From Camelus dromedarius (Eukaryota): 64,000 bases of DNA. Shown here in pieces: positions 1 through 12,016 of this stretch. The stretch is from contig NC_087450.1 in the NCBI RefSeq assembly GCF_036321535.1, positions 63,302,001 through 63,366,000 of the forward strand, written 5' to 3'. The notes under the pieces are model-generated. The model was not told the origin of the DNA and did no database searches. It saw only the letters and a list, made by a program, of their open reading frames with translations. Each line of letters opens with the position of its first letter. Within the stretch, counting starts at the first letter, position 1. A program made the position numbers and the translations under genes.

Positions 1-1502
1 CTTCCTTTCCTGCTCTTCAGAAAAATTTTAAATGGAAAATAATTTTCCTCAACCAGGTTCTCTGGTGGAAGTTAACATGGAAACATCCAGCTAGGAACAT
101 ACTGAGAGTCGAGGCTCTGGTGTCCCTCAGAGGGGTTCTGACTCTGTAAAAACAGCCCTGACTTTTGCTAAAAGGAGTCTTTCTTATCCTCCAAACACAC
201 GATAAATTCTCATGTCAAGGTTAGTTTTATTTTTATAATCAGCTGAAGAGCACAGGGTTTCAGCTGCAACTCAAACCAATGGGATTGAACCCAACGTGAT
301 TCTGTAACTGGGGTTCAGAAGAGATTCTGATCTCAGTAACTGACTATGTTCATCTAGGCACGGAAATGTCCTCTGAACGCCCCTCCCAACTGTCCAGCCC
401 AGATACGTGTGTTTACTCAAGCACATGTCCACTACTTTCCTAAAACAGAGGGCTTCCTAGGGAACCAGCAGAGAGCAGTAAGGAGGGGCGGAGACTGGGT
501 ACAAAGCCATGTGAACCCAGTGTCCCCACCCACACCCTTATTTTAGGGCAGGAAACACTAACATCACGCTTCGGGCTTCAATAAATCACTTGAAAATGAA
601 AACACATTTATGGGTCTGAATATACACCCATTTTTCTTAAGAAGGAATCTATAATTTTCATCAGGAACTTAACCTTGGGCAGAAAATCTGACACTGAATA
701 GAATTTAAAAGTGTAGGTTATTTTTCCTGGACAAAATAGCCTAGAAACATTGTGTGTTTTTACTATAACTTGTCTGAGATCTTCTAGAGATTACAAATTC
801 ACTATTAAGAAGGGTCATTTTTTTCAAGTGGTTAGAGTGGTCCCATGGCTCCCTCCCCAGCCCCACCCCATGGCGTCCAGAGCTGCTGCAGGGAAATGAG
901 CAAAGGAATGGACACTGCCAGGGCCACACGAAGATGGGACAAGACCTCTCCACTTTCAGAAAGAAAGCAGACATGGGGGTGTTAGCAGGGTCTTTTCGGG
1001 GCTGGTGGAGCACAAGGGGGTCTGCAGGGTGCAGAGAGGCCCCAGGGTGGGGTACACAGGATCTGAGTCTGCAGCTCTCCAGAGGATGGCGGGAAGGACC
1101 GCCTCCTGGTCTGGCCCCACAGGTCCCGGACCCGCGGGGGGACCCTCCCCAGATGCAGCAGCCAGACCCAGACCTGGGGAGGCAGACCTATGGCACAGGA
1201 GGGAGGGTGGACCTGGGTCAGGGCAGATGGAGGAGGATTTCAGGTGGAGACGTGAGTTTTGAGAGTCACGAGAGCCTGTGTGGACATATGGCAGGCTCAG
1301 GCCTCCCCAGCAAGGTCATGGCATTGCATCTCACGAGGAAATGCCGAGTGCGGGACCGCCGCCCCGGAGGAGGCGCCCGTCCAGTTCACCTCCAGCACAA
1401 AGGCCACAGGACTCGGAAACCACCCAAAGCAGGTGTCCCCAGAGCCCGTGTCACTGCGAACTGGGGATGGAAGTGCTTCGGGGATACTTTCAAAGACACT
1501 CT

Positions 1503-1633
1503 GGGGGAGGGGAGGGCTCAGCGTGTGCTCAGCAGACACGAGGTCCCGGGTTCAATCCCCAGCGCCTCCATCAAAAATAAATAAATAAACCACATTACCT
1601 CCCCCCCAAAACAAACAAAACAAAACACACAAA
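1503..1633 (+). mobile_element. Camelid tRNA-derived SINE (Vic-1 type), partly degraded
   Basis: GGGGAGGG head, B box GGTTCAATCC (1549-1558), tail AAAAATAAATAAATAAACCACATTACCTCCCC plus A-rich end; possible degenerate TSD AAAGACACTCT / AAAGTCCTCT. Family assignment from memory. Confidence 0.75.
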
Positions 1634-2452
1634 AGGAAAGTCCTCTCCTCTACACGGTTTCTTGCTCGTCAGGTTTTGTGGCCGATGGGGGGTGTAGTCA
1701 AAGGGGAGAGGAACAACTGAGCTGACAACGCGCAGAGACTCGTCAGCAGGATGCACGTCTATATCCACGGCCGCAAAACCTCCTGGAAGGAAGTGGGAAA
1801 CGGACCACGGCTTCAGATACAGTATGTTGTGTGTTTAACACATCGTCGGTGGGAGGCCCAGGTAAACTCTGAGCTAAGACCCTTCACCCTAATCTTCATT
1901 CAGTATTCTAGTGCATCTAACACAAAAGCTGCTTGCTGTTAAGGACACTTCATCTGTAAGTCTGCAGCCAAGAAAGACCGAGCTTCACCTGAAGATCCTG
2001 ATTTGTACCCACGGATGCAGGGACAAGGTCGATAACCTGACACTGAAAAACGCCTGCCTGAGCATGTGCTGCAAGTCGTTCTGGACAGAAACCCTCGGGT
2101 TACTATTCTGTCAGGGAGTAGATGTGACTGTCACATCACTGCCCTCTAGCTTCCAATGAAACTATGCCCAACCTGACTGCAGTGTTTGGGGGTGTTTTTA
2201 ATGTAAAGCTCCGCAAGGAAAATACATTCATAAAACGTCAGGGAGAGCGCAAGTGATAAAATGCTGACAATGACAGTCTGCTCTGCGACAACGAAGGCCA
2301 GCGGTGGGACCTCTAGGTTCGGCGGAGGACCGAGTCCGGCAGGTCCTGCAGGACCACCCGTGGGCGGCTCTGCCTGGGGAGACCCTCTGGGCTCATCGGG
2401 GTGGGACAGTCTGGGACAAACCCCTGGGGCCTGCAGACGCGGGAGCACTGAC

Positions 2453-2590
2453 GTTCGCACTGTGGTTGCTGCCACTGACACAGAGGACGTCTTGCTTTTG
2501 AACTGTCAGTACCTCTTTCGTCAGCTTCAGCCGGACGTCGTAGGCGTGTCCAGACCCTGGGTCGCGCAGCGGTGCGGTCCTGGTTTTGGT
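2453..2590 (-). CDS. SNTG2: Gamma-2-syntrophin exon 2 (138 nt; N-terminal half of split PH1 domain)
   Basis: Acceptor ...CCCCACTGTCTCCGCAG|ACC, donor AAC|GTCAGT. Translates TKTRTAPLRDPGSGHAYDVRLKLTKEVLTVQKQDVLCVSGSNHSAN (46 codons), matching recalled human TKTTIALLYDEESENAYDIRLKLTKEVLTIQKQDVVCVGGSHQGRN in length and C-terminal two-thirds. Confidence 0.95.
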
Positions 2591-2769
2591 CTGCGGAGAC
2601 AGTGGGGACGGGGCAGTGAGGCCAGGGGAGCCTAGAGCTCGCCCGCACGGCCAGCACCGACGGCTGGTCCGTCCGCACTCGGCTGACGAGGGCCTGCCCA
2701 GCGTAACGCACAGCATTGGAATCTTTACTGTGTCTTCCCGAGTTGTCTTCAGAGAATTGGGTGTAAAAC

Positions 2770-3045
2770 TTTTTTTTTGAACATTTTATTTCTTTATTAA
2801 TTGAATATAGTCAATCTACAACGTTGTGTTAGTGTCTGGTGCACAGCACAGTGATTCAGTTACACATGTACACAGATATTCCTTTCCACATTCTTTTTCA
2901 TCATAGGTCATTATAAGGTATTGAACAGAGTTCCTCGTGGCGTACGGCAGGACCTTGTTTTTTAAATCTATTTTATATACAGTAGTTAGGATCTGCTAAT
3001 CCCAAATTCCCAGTTTATCCCTTTTCTCCCAGTAACTAAGTTTGT
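2770..3045 (-). mobile_element. L1 3' end fragment, sense to SNTG2
   Basis: Reverse complement matches the L1 3' UTRs at about 11790-11990 and 17880-18070; T9 tract at 2770-2778 is the poly(A). Confidence 0.8.
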
Positions 3046-5239
3046 GAAACATGTTTTTACAGGATAATTAGTCCTCACGTTTTTAAAAGCTTGAACATTT
3101 TAATAGTACTTTATTTTAATCTATTTTTCTACTTCGCATTTTTCACTTTGACCAAAGCTATTTGAGTGAAAATGATAACTTTCAATAAAGATCCAAATAA
3201 TAATCTGCATGGAGATCTGTTGTTTTGGAGCAGGAAGGTGACAACACTGACAATAAGCAGGACGATGTCAGGGTTACAGTCACTGAATGCACAGATGGGA
3301 TGGTGACTCCATCAGACATGCCCCGGGATGAGGCATGGAGCGCCCGCCCGCCAGCCCGCCCTCCAGGGAGGCTGGGAACAAGGTGTTTTCTGTCCTCCCC
3401 ACACACCAAGCAATTCCACCTGCGTTTGTTGGGAAGTACTGATTGGAGATTTAGTAATTACAGAAGATAATGTACCAGGTGTTCTTAGCAGGTGATGAGT
3501 CAGGAAGACACCTTTGGATCAATTAGCAGAAGTCGCCTCCTCCCGTGTGGACATCACAGAAATGTTCCCTGGCTGAGCAGCCCCTGGTCGCCCAGGTGGG
3601 CGTGGATCCCGGGCCTGCACCTGACGACCTCCCATCTGTCTTACGCTTGCACCAAGCTCTGGCCAGCATGGTCTCAGGCACAGCCCTGCACCTGGGAGGA
3701 AGGACAGAGGGGAGAACGGGCACTTGGAGAGGTCACAGGGGTCTAGTCCTCAGGCCAGGACCAGAGGATGGCCCCAGGGCACACGGAGCCCCAGCCAGGT
3801 CCCAGGAGCAAGGGTGCAACCAGTGTTGCCTCTGTCCCTCCACTGTCCTGGCAGGAGAGGCCCTTCCTGGGCTAACAGCTCCCTCATGTTCAAGGTCACA
3901 ATCCGGAGCAGAAGGAAAATTGGGGTGGGGGGCAGTGCTCCCTGAGGGGTCCTGGAGGAGGCCCGGGTTCAGTGAGGGTAATGCTGAGTCCCAGTGCGTC
4001 ACTTGGTCAGCCTGGAGTGCCGGGTCTGCAGAGCCCCGCCTGGTGCCTCCCCCAGGGACCTGGGTCTAATCCCCATAGGATGCGGTCTGAGCACCAGGAA
4101 TTTGAGACACTCAGCATTAGCTTCTGTGCACCTGACAGCTGGGGAAGGAAGGCCCAGGCCAGGAGGGAGGGACCCCTGAATCCCTGTGGAAGTGCAGGCC
4201 TCAGCCCACGGCCCACCTGCCGAACCAGCACGGCACTCCCCAGCACACCTGGTGACCCACGTGGCTGTTTTCAGGGAACACCACGAAATGCTTCCACCAT
4301 TTAAATTGTGTTAATAACACAAAAAATGAGCACAGAAAACATCCCCAACAGCCTGTCTGAATTGGCTGAACACTCACAGAGGCAGGACCGCACAGAGGTG
4401 CCGGGGCCCGGACACCAGGGCCGGCGATCTGCCCGCCTCCCTGGCTACCCCATGCAGAGCTTGTCTGGCTCAAGCATAAACTCGAGAAGGTGGAGCACCT
4501 GTGCACCCAGGGGGGCTCCCTTCTCCCCTGCCACCCACTGGAGTGGCTGAAACAGGGAGGGCCGGGTCCCCTGCGCCGATGCCTGAATCCCCTCAGCCCT
4601 GCTTCTGTCACTGACGCAGACCAGCTCCAGACACAGGAAGCCTGGGCGGGGGCTTGTCACCTATCCTGGGGTGTTTCCTGTGACTGTCATCACTAACTCC
4701 AGCCACAGACCTACCTCCACGCTGCACTGGTCCAGACCCTCTCTTGCTGTCCTCGACCCCGGCTGTCCCCTCCCCCTCCCAACACCCCCCCTACAGCTGA
4801 GAAACCCGCTGGGGTCTCACGGATGGGAGGGGAAGATGGGGGACACTTGGCTGTGAAAGTGCGTCTCTCTGGCCCTAGTGTCAGCCAGCACGCTCGTGTC
4901 TGCTGGAGGTCCTGGCCCACGTCTCATATGCCAGACACAGTGACAGAGCTGACCGCCTGGCCTGCTCAGCGCCCACGCGCTGGACCGACAGGAATGCGAA
5001 GCAAACGTTTTCTGAACGAAGTAAAGATGTAAAGATGTGAGGGACGGAGAAGGAAAAAACAGCTCGTTTTGGCGGTATTTTTTTAAATTCTAAAATTGCA
5101 GGTTTTTAACCATATATTTCAGTGAACCCTTACTGAATTGAATTGAAATTAGTTACATGATTCAATTTTCCCCGCTTTGTTTTCCTAATTTAGTTTCTTC
5201 AACTGAAAATGTGCTTTCTGTGAAAATCCGTAAACTGCG

Positions 5240-6000
5240 TCAATTCAAGCTCAGGTGATGGAAGAAGCAGCACACTGCCTGCTTGTCCGCCCGGAAGACG
5301 GACCCGCTGCGGCAGGGGTCAGTTGCGCTGCTCCGCCTGAGGATTTGCGGGCGGGGCCGCCCCGGAACCTGGCCAGCTCCCGGGGGAGCCCCGGCTGCGC
5401 CACCACCGCGCAGGGCCGCGCCTCCCGTTCCCAGAGGGAGCGGCGGCCCCGCAGCAACCTTCGCGCAGTCAGTGATGTGGGCGCGCGGCCCCCGGCGCCT
5501 CCCCTCGCGCACCCGGCCAGAGCCAGAGCGCCTGCTGAATGCGGCCCGGAAGGACGAGGCGTCCCCGGGCACCGGGGGCGGGGGGAGGGGGGGCGCCCTC
5601 CAAGGACCCCCGGAGGAGGCTGCTGGCGCTGCGGACGGCAGAGGCACAGGCCCGGGCCGCCTCCGGGCGGGGCTTCCGCGGGGCCGCAGCGCCCCCTCGT
5701 CCCGCGGCGCGGCCGGCGGGGACCCGGGGGCCCCGCTGCCACCGGCAAGCTCGGGACCGGAGGGCTGAGCGTCACCGGCCTCCGCAGGACGCTTCCCGGG
5801 AGCAGCGGAGGGCGGGCACAGGCCGCACAGACAGGCAGGCGTCACCGAGGAGGACGCAGCCACTCGGCCGCCTCCCGCGCGCCGCGCCGACAGCGCTCGC
5901 AGACAAGGACCGTCACCGACAGCCACACAGCGGCGTCCGCTTCCCGTCACAACGCAGGGCACGGCTTTTCAAAGCACTGTGAGACTGCGCGAAAATGCAG
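5240..6000. promoter_or_regulatory. Intragenic CpG island near the 3' end of SNTG2 intron 1
   Basis: Dense CpG, GC-box-like motifs, four CGTCAC half-CRE motifs (5770, 5840, 5911, 5945); flanked by AT-rich DNA at 5040-5230. Confidence 0.65.
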
Positions 6001-6199
6001 GATTCTGACCACGGGCATGTAATTCCTCAGACTCGGAGAAGGACACGCGTCTCTGAATTTAAGCTCACCTTCCTGGAGAGTGAGCTCATGACCCGGGGAT
6101 TGTAGGCCAAACAAAATGCCATCAAACCCCCGTTATGACAGTTTCTCTGGGGGTGCTGGGGAGACAGGAAGGGACAACGGGGGTTCGGGATGATGTGGA

Positions 6200-6308
6200 C
6201 AGGGAGGGGGAGGGTGGAGAAGGGGAGGGGAGGGTGGAGAAGGAGGGGTGAGGAGGGGAGTGTAGAGTGGGGAAAGGGGAGTGGAGGGTGGGGGAGGGGA
6301 GTGGGAGA
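6200..6308 (+). repeat. G/A-rich purine tract with 20-bp duplication
   Basis: AGGGTGGAGAAGG repeated at 6211 and 6231 within an almost pure purine run with many GGG/GGGG tracts. Confidence 0.85.
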
Positions 6309-7069
6309 ATTAGTCATTCTAATAACTCAGTAGAATTGACATTCCTGCTTAAAAATCTTCACCTTGGGAAGAAAACAGAATCCTTGATACGTTCCTAGGA
6401 TCTTAACTAAGAGGAGACTTCAGAGTTTAAAATTAATGAATCTGTTTACCTACATTTTTCAAAAAGTACGAACACATCAGCACTGCACTGATCTGAGCAG
6501 CAGAAGCAGAAGCTCGAGGGCACTGGCAGCTGCAGGACGCTGGTTTTTAAAGTGCGCACGTGTGTGGACTGAAACCAAACCTACTGCTGGCCTGGAAGAA
6601 GCCCTCAAAACTCTCAAAGGGTCAGAATCGCTCAGACTGTGTCCTCCCACATACTCTGCAGTGGAAGATGATATAAAATCTCCTCTCCTTCAAAGTTAAG
6701 CGATATACTTCCAAATGACCACGGATCAGGGTGGAAAAGTCAAGTGGAAATAAGGATGTATTTTTAATGGATATGAGGTTACAACTCTTTGAAACAGTCC
6801 TTCAAAGAAAATTTACATCTTTAATATATTTTTTATTTTTATAAAGCCAAGGCTGAAAGCCACCGCTAATCTCGGGGCAGCCCCAGGCCTGTGTCTGTAG
6901 ATGAAGCCTTGCTGGAAGAGCTGCACCCACCCCATCTCCTGCTCGTCACCGCTGTCGTGTGAACACGACTACACCTGCTTTAAACCTGAACGCGTCACTA
7001 AATCCTTTCACAGAGCACAGCCCAGGGCTGCATAGCTGCATCAGGGAAGTCCACAAATCTCCGGAAGGA

Positions 7070-7260
7070 TGACGCTATGACACAAACTCTTCCAGAAAAA
7101 CAAACATGGAACACCACTTCACTCATTTATAAACTCAAACTAAGCTGGACGCCAAATCCAGCAAGGAGGCTGCAATAGAATTAATTTACTGGTCAATTCC
7201 CCCTTGTCAACATCAATGTGAAAATCCTAAAGAAAATATTACCAAATGGAACAATCCGGT
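7070..7260 (+). mobile_element. Old L1 ORF2 (RT region) fragment
   Basis: Degenerate DNA for KLFQK..LPNSFYE..LIPKP..PISLMNIDAKILNKIL (CAAACTCTTCCAGAAAA, AACATCAATGTGAAAATCCTAAAGAAAATATTA). Confidence 0.6.
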
Positions 7261-9239
7261 TGGAAACCGAGGATGAGAAGGAAATAAGAGGCCTCCGGAG
7301 GGGGTGGAAATGAAAGGCAGGAGGGGGGTCTGCACAGGTCCCGGGGAGCAGGTTCCGGCTGGGAATCGGGCCTTGACTCAAACACCCCCCTTCCTCAAAG
7401 GCTGACACCCTCCGTCCGATGGTTCAGTCCCGAGCCCCGCCCACGACGGACAGGAGGGACCCTGGAGTCAGCAGTCAGTGCCTCTGACCAGCTGTCCAGG
7501 GAGGATGCGGGAGGTTTCAACGCCAACCCAGTCCTCCCCCAGGAAGACTGCTTCCCGGGGACACAGCCGCCCAGGGCTGCCGAGAAACAGGCTTATATTT
7601 TTCCATAGTCCAGGAAAATGCCATATGACGTATTTTAATCTTCCATTTTAAACTTTGTTTAGAGCCCAGCTTCAAGCAGTGACACTGACCTTGTAACTGC
7701 CGCTCAGATGTCTGATTCCGCCATCCCAGTGGATTTATAGCCATCAATGGAAACAAGCAAGGCCTGTCAATAATGACCTACTCAGGATGCACTTTTTGAG
7801 GAGAAAAAAGGTAGGGCTCCACGCTGTTGAAGGATTTCTATTTCTGCAAGAATAGACTGTTCTAACGAGCCACAAAGATCAAAAGAATCCTAACACAACT
7901 GCATAGCATTTGAATAACTTGGATTTGACACACAGAAAGTGTTTCAATGTTATTTAAAATAGATATCTACTTCCTTAAACTGTATTTTAAAGTGAAATCT
8001 AATTGTGAGAGAAACAGTTGGGAAGAGAGACATGTACACACATTAAAAGTCATAAAAGGCATTAAAATAATCAAAACAAAGTAAATGAATCCTCGTTTAT
8101 CATTAGCAGAATTCAGCTCAGTCACGCAGATGCCATGGCTGAAGCTGTCAAAACAATCCTCTGTATATTTTAAATGGGGATTAACTCTGCCTCCAAAAGC
8201 AGCAGTGAAGATGCACGTTACACGTAAGGGTGTCACTTCCAGCAGCCAGGCCGCATGAGCTCTGTGCACTTTTCAGGAACTTGTGGGCGTGCAAAGAGGA
8301 ACCCACTGACAAGGTGAGCATTTCGAGTAAAGATTTCACTCTGCAAAAGGGAAGAAACATAAAAATACGGGCTCATCTGGGAAGAACAAACTGCAGGTAG
8401 AAATGAGGAATACTTAATGCATCTAAACATTTCAAGTGTGCCCGACATTTCAGGGCGGGTGTCGGGCACGTTTGACTCTGCAGATAAAGCAGGACATGCT
8501 TCTAACTTTTTTAAGAACACAGACTTTAGCTCCTGAGTCTAGCAGGTCCTCGGCGTCAACCTGAACATTCTGTGAACTTGTTAGGAAGCAAACCTGAGTT
8601 GCACGTGTCAAAGCAATCATGCAGTTAAGACATGTTACAACAAGTTGTCCAGAGACACCCTCTTGTAAACCAGCTAACGCCCACCTTTACCACACTGAAT
8701 TTATTTACGTGGAAACTCACACTATCACAAAAGAAGGTGGCGCAGTGCCCAGTTTGGATGCTACTGGACCTGAGTGGGAGGATGAGGGGCGGAAGCCCAG
8801 GGCTTCACGAGGGGCACCGTGGCCTGACTCCTCGACGGGGCAGCTTCCTGAGGAGATGCTGTGAGACGCCGTCATTCGTTTCACATGCAGAATTGGCTGT
8901 GCCGCCGCTGCTGTCTTTTGTCGTGATCAACTATTTGTTATTTTTTTTTCCAATCTGGTAACAGAAACTCACAGATTCACTCTGTGAGAATGTAGTTACA
9001 GAAGAAGCAATCTCGCCTAAAACTCCTTATGAGAATAAATAATGCACAAAAATGTTTACAGTCAGATGATAACAGCTCCCCTTTTAAAGATTTTGACCAC
9101 TGGATTGATCTTGATTAATTTATATACATAAAGTCCATCCTGAGGGACCAGGTATTTCTCTAAAGATGACAGAATGGCTCCAAGGATAAAAAAAAACCAA
9201 AATTTTTTTAAAAATTAAAAAATTAAAAATAAAGTCTTA

Positions 9240-9940
9240 TGATTCTATTAACAGATATAAAAAACTTACTATAAAATATTTCAGCTATCACCACTACCAT
9301 TTGACACTGTTCTGAAAAGTCCTAGCTAAATTAAGGCAGGAAACAGAAATACGATGTTTAATGATTAGAAAAAAGAGGGAAAAAATGATCATTATTGGCT
9401 GACCTGTAATTGCTTATCCTGGAAGACACTGCATTTTCCCTCAGACAAGGGAAAGCCCTCCACGTGAGATACGCAGACAACAAATAAAGACACGTGGAAA
9501 CACGGCAAAAAGGCTGAGAACAGACGGAGGGCAACATGTAAACGACATGTGGCCCCAGAAAGGGGGCCACAGCAGTCCAGACCCACCTGTGACAAACCAA
9601 CGAGAAAAAATTATCTACTATCAACAAGAAGACCTTAGAAACAGTGACAAGAGGAGAAATAAATCAGGAGATACAACAATCAATACACACAAATACTGTC
9701 CAGCAAATACTCCTCACAAGACCGACAGCTGAATTCTGCAGACAAACACAATTACAGCTGCAGCTGGAGACGCGGGTACGATCCGACTTAGCCCATCTGG
9801 CATCGGAATAAGCAGAAGACAAGGAAACGTACAGAAGATTTAAACAACATGATTACAAATCCTGAAAGTAACGGTATGAATTTTAAAAACACTCGTTTTA
9901 GAGCATCTGTGAAACACTGCCCCAAGTCAACCACGGAGAG
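9240..9940 (+). mobile_element. Old L1 ORF2 fragments (RT-like then endonuclease-like pieces)
   Basis: TTTGACACTGTTCTGAAAAGTCCTAGC resembles LFNIVLEVLA; AAACACAATTACAGCTGCAGCTGGAGAC and ACAGAAGATTTAAACAACATGAT resemble the EN motifs NTIIVGDF and TEDLNNTI. Confidence 0.55.
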
Positions 9941-11023
9941 CCATCGTCAGTCTAGCTACACCCTCTGATCACAGCATGACGGATTGCAAATCACTGACAA
10001 ACAGTCGTCTTAAAAACCCAGCAAAGCATGACACGGAGCACAGCTTGGCTAAGAGAGAAAATAAGACAGGAAGTTACGAACTGGATAAAAATTAAAATTT
10101 TATTTCAAAATTGTATGAAGTTGCTGAGAATACCCAACAGATTGGTAAGAACAACAAAAAGCAAAAGGTTTGGGTGGTGATTTGAGGGAACTGGAAACAC
10201 CCCTGCCTTACTGCTGGCATCCAGGCTGGAGGCTGACTGCGCCCAGCAGTCTGGAGTCACTTGGTGAGAATGTGCAGGTCTAAGCCACACAGACGGGTTC
10301 ACAGCACTGTGCATTTTTCGGGAAAAAATACTGCCTGACATCCCAGCACATGACTATTAAATCAAAAGCCATGAGAGGATTATGGGAAATGAAATAAACT
10401 GGGAGGGCTGAGTGAGTTACTCACCATAAATATCCCAATACAAGAAGGTACGCTGGGGAGCAAAAATGTTTTATTGTGCCTTGTCAATTTGCAATTACTG
10501 TCATAGTTTTGTGTTTTCAAATGTTACAGAAATGATAACTTCACTCCCCACTTCCTGAGAATTCCAGTTAGCACATGACTGTACTGAACATCATGCCTGA
10601 CTGAGGAAACTGAATCACTTCTTTGAGGTATTGGCATTCACCCTCGAAATTCGTTACATACTAATACTTAGAACAAACTCCCAGGGGACCAGCTGAACTC
10701 CCTAAAGCTATGGAGCAATACAGTCGCCATCTGGTTTTCTCTGTCTTCAATATTAAATTATCTGATTGCTAGCAGAAACATGCAAGTTAAGAGCAAGTTT
10801 TCTCAGCAGTCTGCCAAGAGGCACGTATCATCAGCATACCTGAAGGCTTTTAACTAGTCTTTGGATGGAAAGTACTTAATGAGTAAATAAGAGAGAAAAA
10901 AAGACTAGTGATTATGACAAATTGAAAAAGCATACAAATCTCACTTGTGAAATCAATCCACACCTTCTTTCAGCCTGCGGGAACAAAAGTAAGTCAATGA
11001 CTTTACTTTAAAAGCAGATTTAC

Positions 11024-12016
11024 ACCGCATACAACTCAGTGACAAAAAAATAAACAACCCAATCCAAAAATGGGCAGAAGACTTAAACTAACATTTCTCC
11101 AGTGAAGTCATACAAATGGCCAATAGGCATGTGAAAAAATGCTCAATATCACTAATTATCAGAGAAATGCAAATCAAAACTTACAATGAGGTATCACCTC
11201 ACAACAGTCAGAATGGCCATCATTTAAAAGTCCACAAACAAATGCTGAAGAGGGTGTGGAGAAAAGGGAACCCCCCCAACACTGCTGGTGGGAATGCAGC
11301 TTGGTGCAGCCATTGTGGAAAACAGAATGGAGATTCTTCGAAAGATTAAAAATAGACTTACCATATGATCCAGAAATCCCACTCCTGGGCATATATCTGG
11401 AGAAAAGTATAATTCAAAAAGNNNNNNNNNNNNNNNNNNNNNNNNNNNNNNNNNNNNNNNNNNNNNNNNNNNNNNNNNNNNNNNNNNNNNNNNNNNNNNN
11501 NNNNNNNNNNNNNNNNNNNNNNNNNNNNNNNNNNNNNNNNNNNNNNNNNNNNNNNNNNNNNNNNNNNNNNNNNNNNNNNNNNNNNNNNNNNNNNNNNNNN
11601 NNNNNNNNNNNNNTGAAGTAAGCCAGAAAGAACAACAAAGATTATGTGATATCACTTATATGTGGAATCTTAAAAAATGACACAAGTGAACTTATTTACA
11701 GAACAGAAACAAACTCACAGACATAGAAAACAAACTTACGGTTACCAGGTGGGGAAGGAGGGAGGGATAAATTAGGAGTCTGAGATTTTCAGATACCAAC
11801 TACTACATATAAAATAGATAAACAACAAGGACCTACTATAGAGCACAGGGAACTAAATTCAATGTCTTGTAGTAACCTATAGTGAAAAAGAATACAAAAA
11901 GAAATATATGTATGAATAACTGAATCACTATGCTGTACACCAGAAATTAACACATTATAAACTGACTATACTTCAATAAAAATTTTTTAAAATAAAAAAT
12001 AATTAAGATGGTATAA
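11024..12016 (+). mobile_element. 5'-truncated L1 (ORF2 C-terminus + 3' UTR), antisense to SNTG2
   Basis: Encodes [42 protein letters not shown]; A-rich tail; degenerate TSD AAAAGCAGATTTAC (11010-11023) / AAAAGCAGGTTTCC (12017-12030) at a TTT/AAAA site; N run 11422-11613. Confidence 0.92.

Noticed and set aside
1503-1570. Possible tRNA gene
   Set aside because: B box present but A box/D arm partly deleted and followed by a SINE tail.
934-1584. 216-aa plus-strand ORF
   Set aside because: GC-rich intron 2 sequence ending inside a SINE; no recognisable homology.
1-2452. Search for SNTG2 exon 3 (RRTVTLRRQPVGGLGLSIK-like)
   Set aside because: No matching sequence seen; probably outside the window.
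2591-2633. Upstream AG (CTAG|G, 2633-2632) as a frame-restoring acceptor
   Set aside because: Adds 41 nt; 71+41 is not a multiple of 3.
5240-6022. Overlapping 150-255-aa ORFs on both strands
   Set aside because: Expected stop-codon depletion in a CpG island; Arg/Pro/Gly/Ala-rich with no domain.
10715-10740. CTCF-like motif (minus ACCAGATGGCGAC); similar partial hits near 44460 and 61465
   Set aside because: Partial matches by eye; not supportable without PWM scoring or ChIP data.
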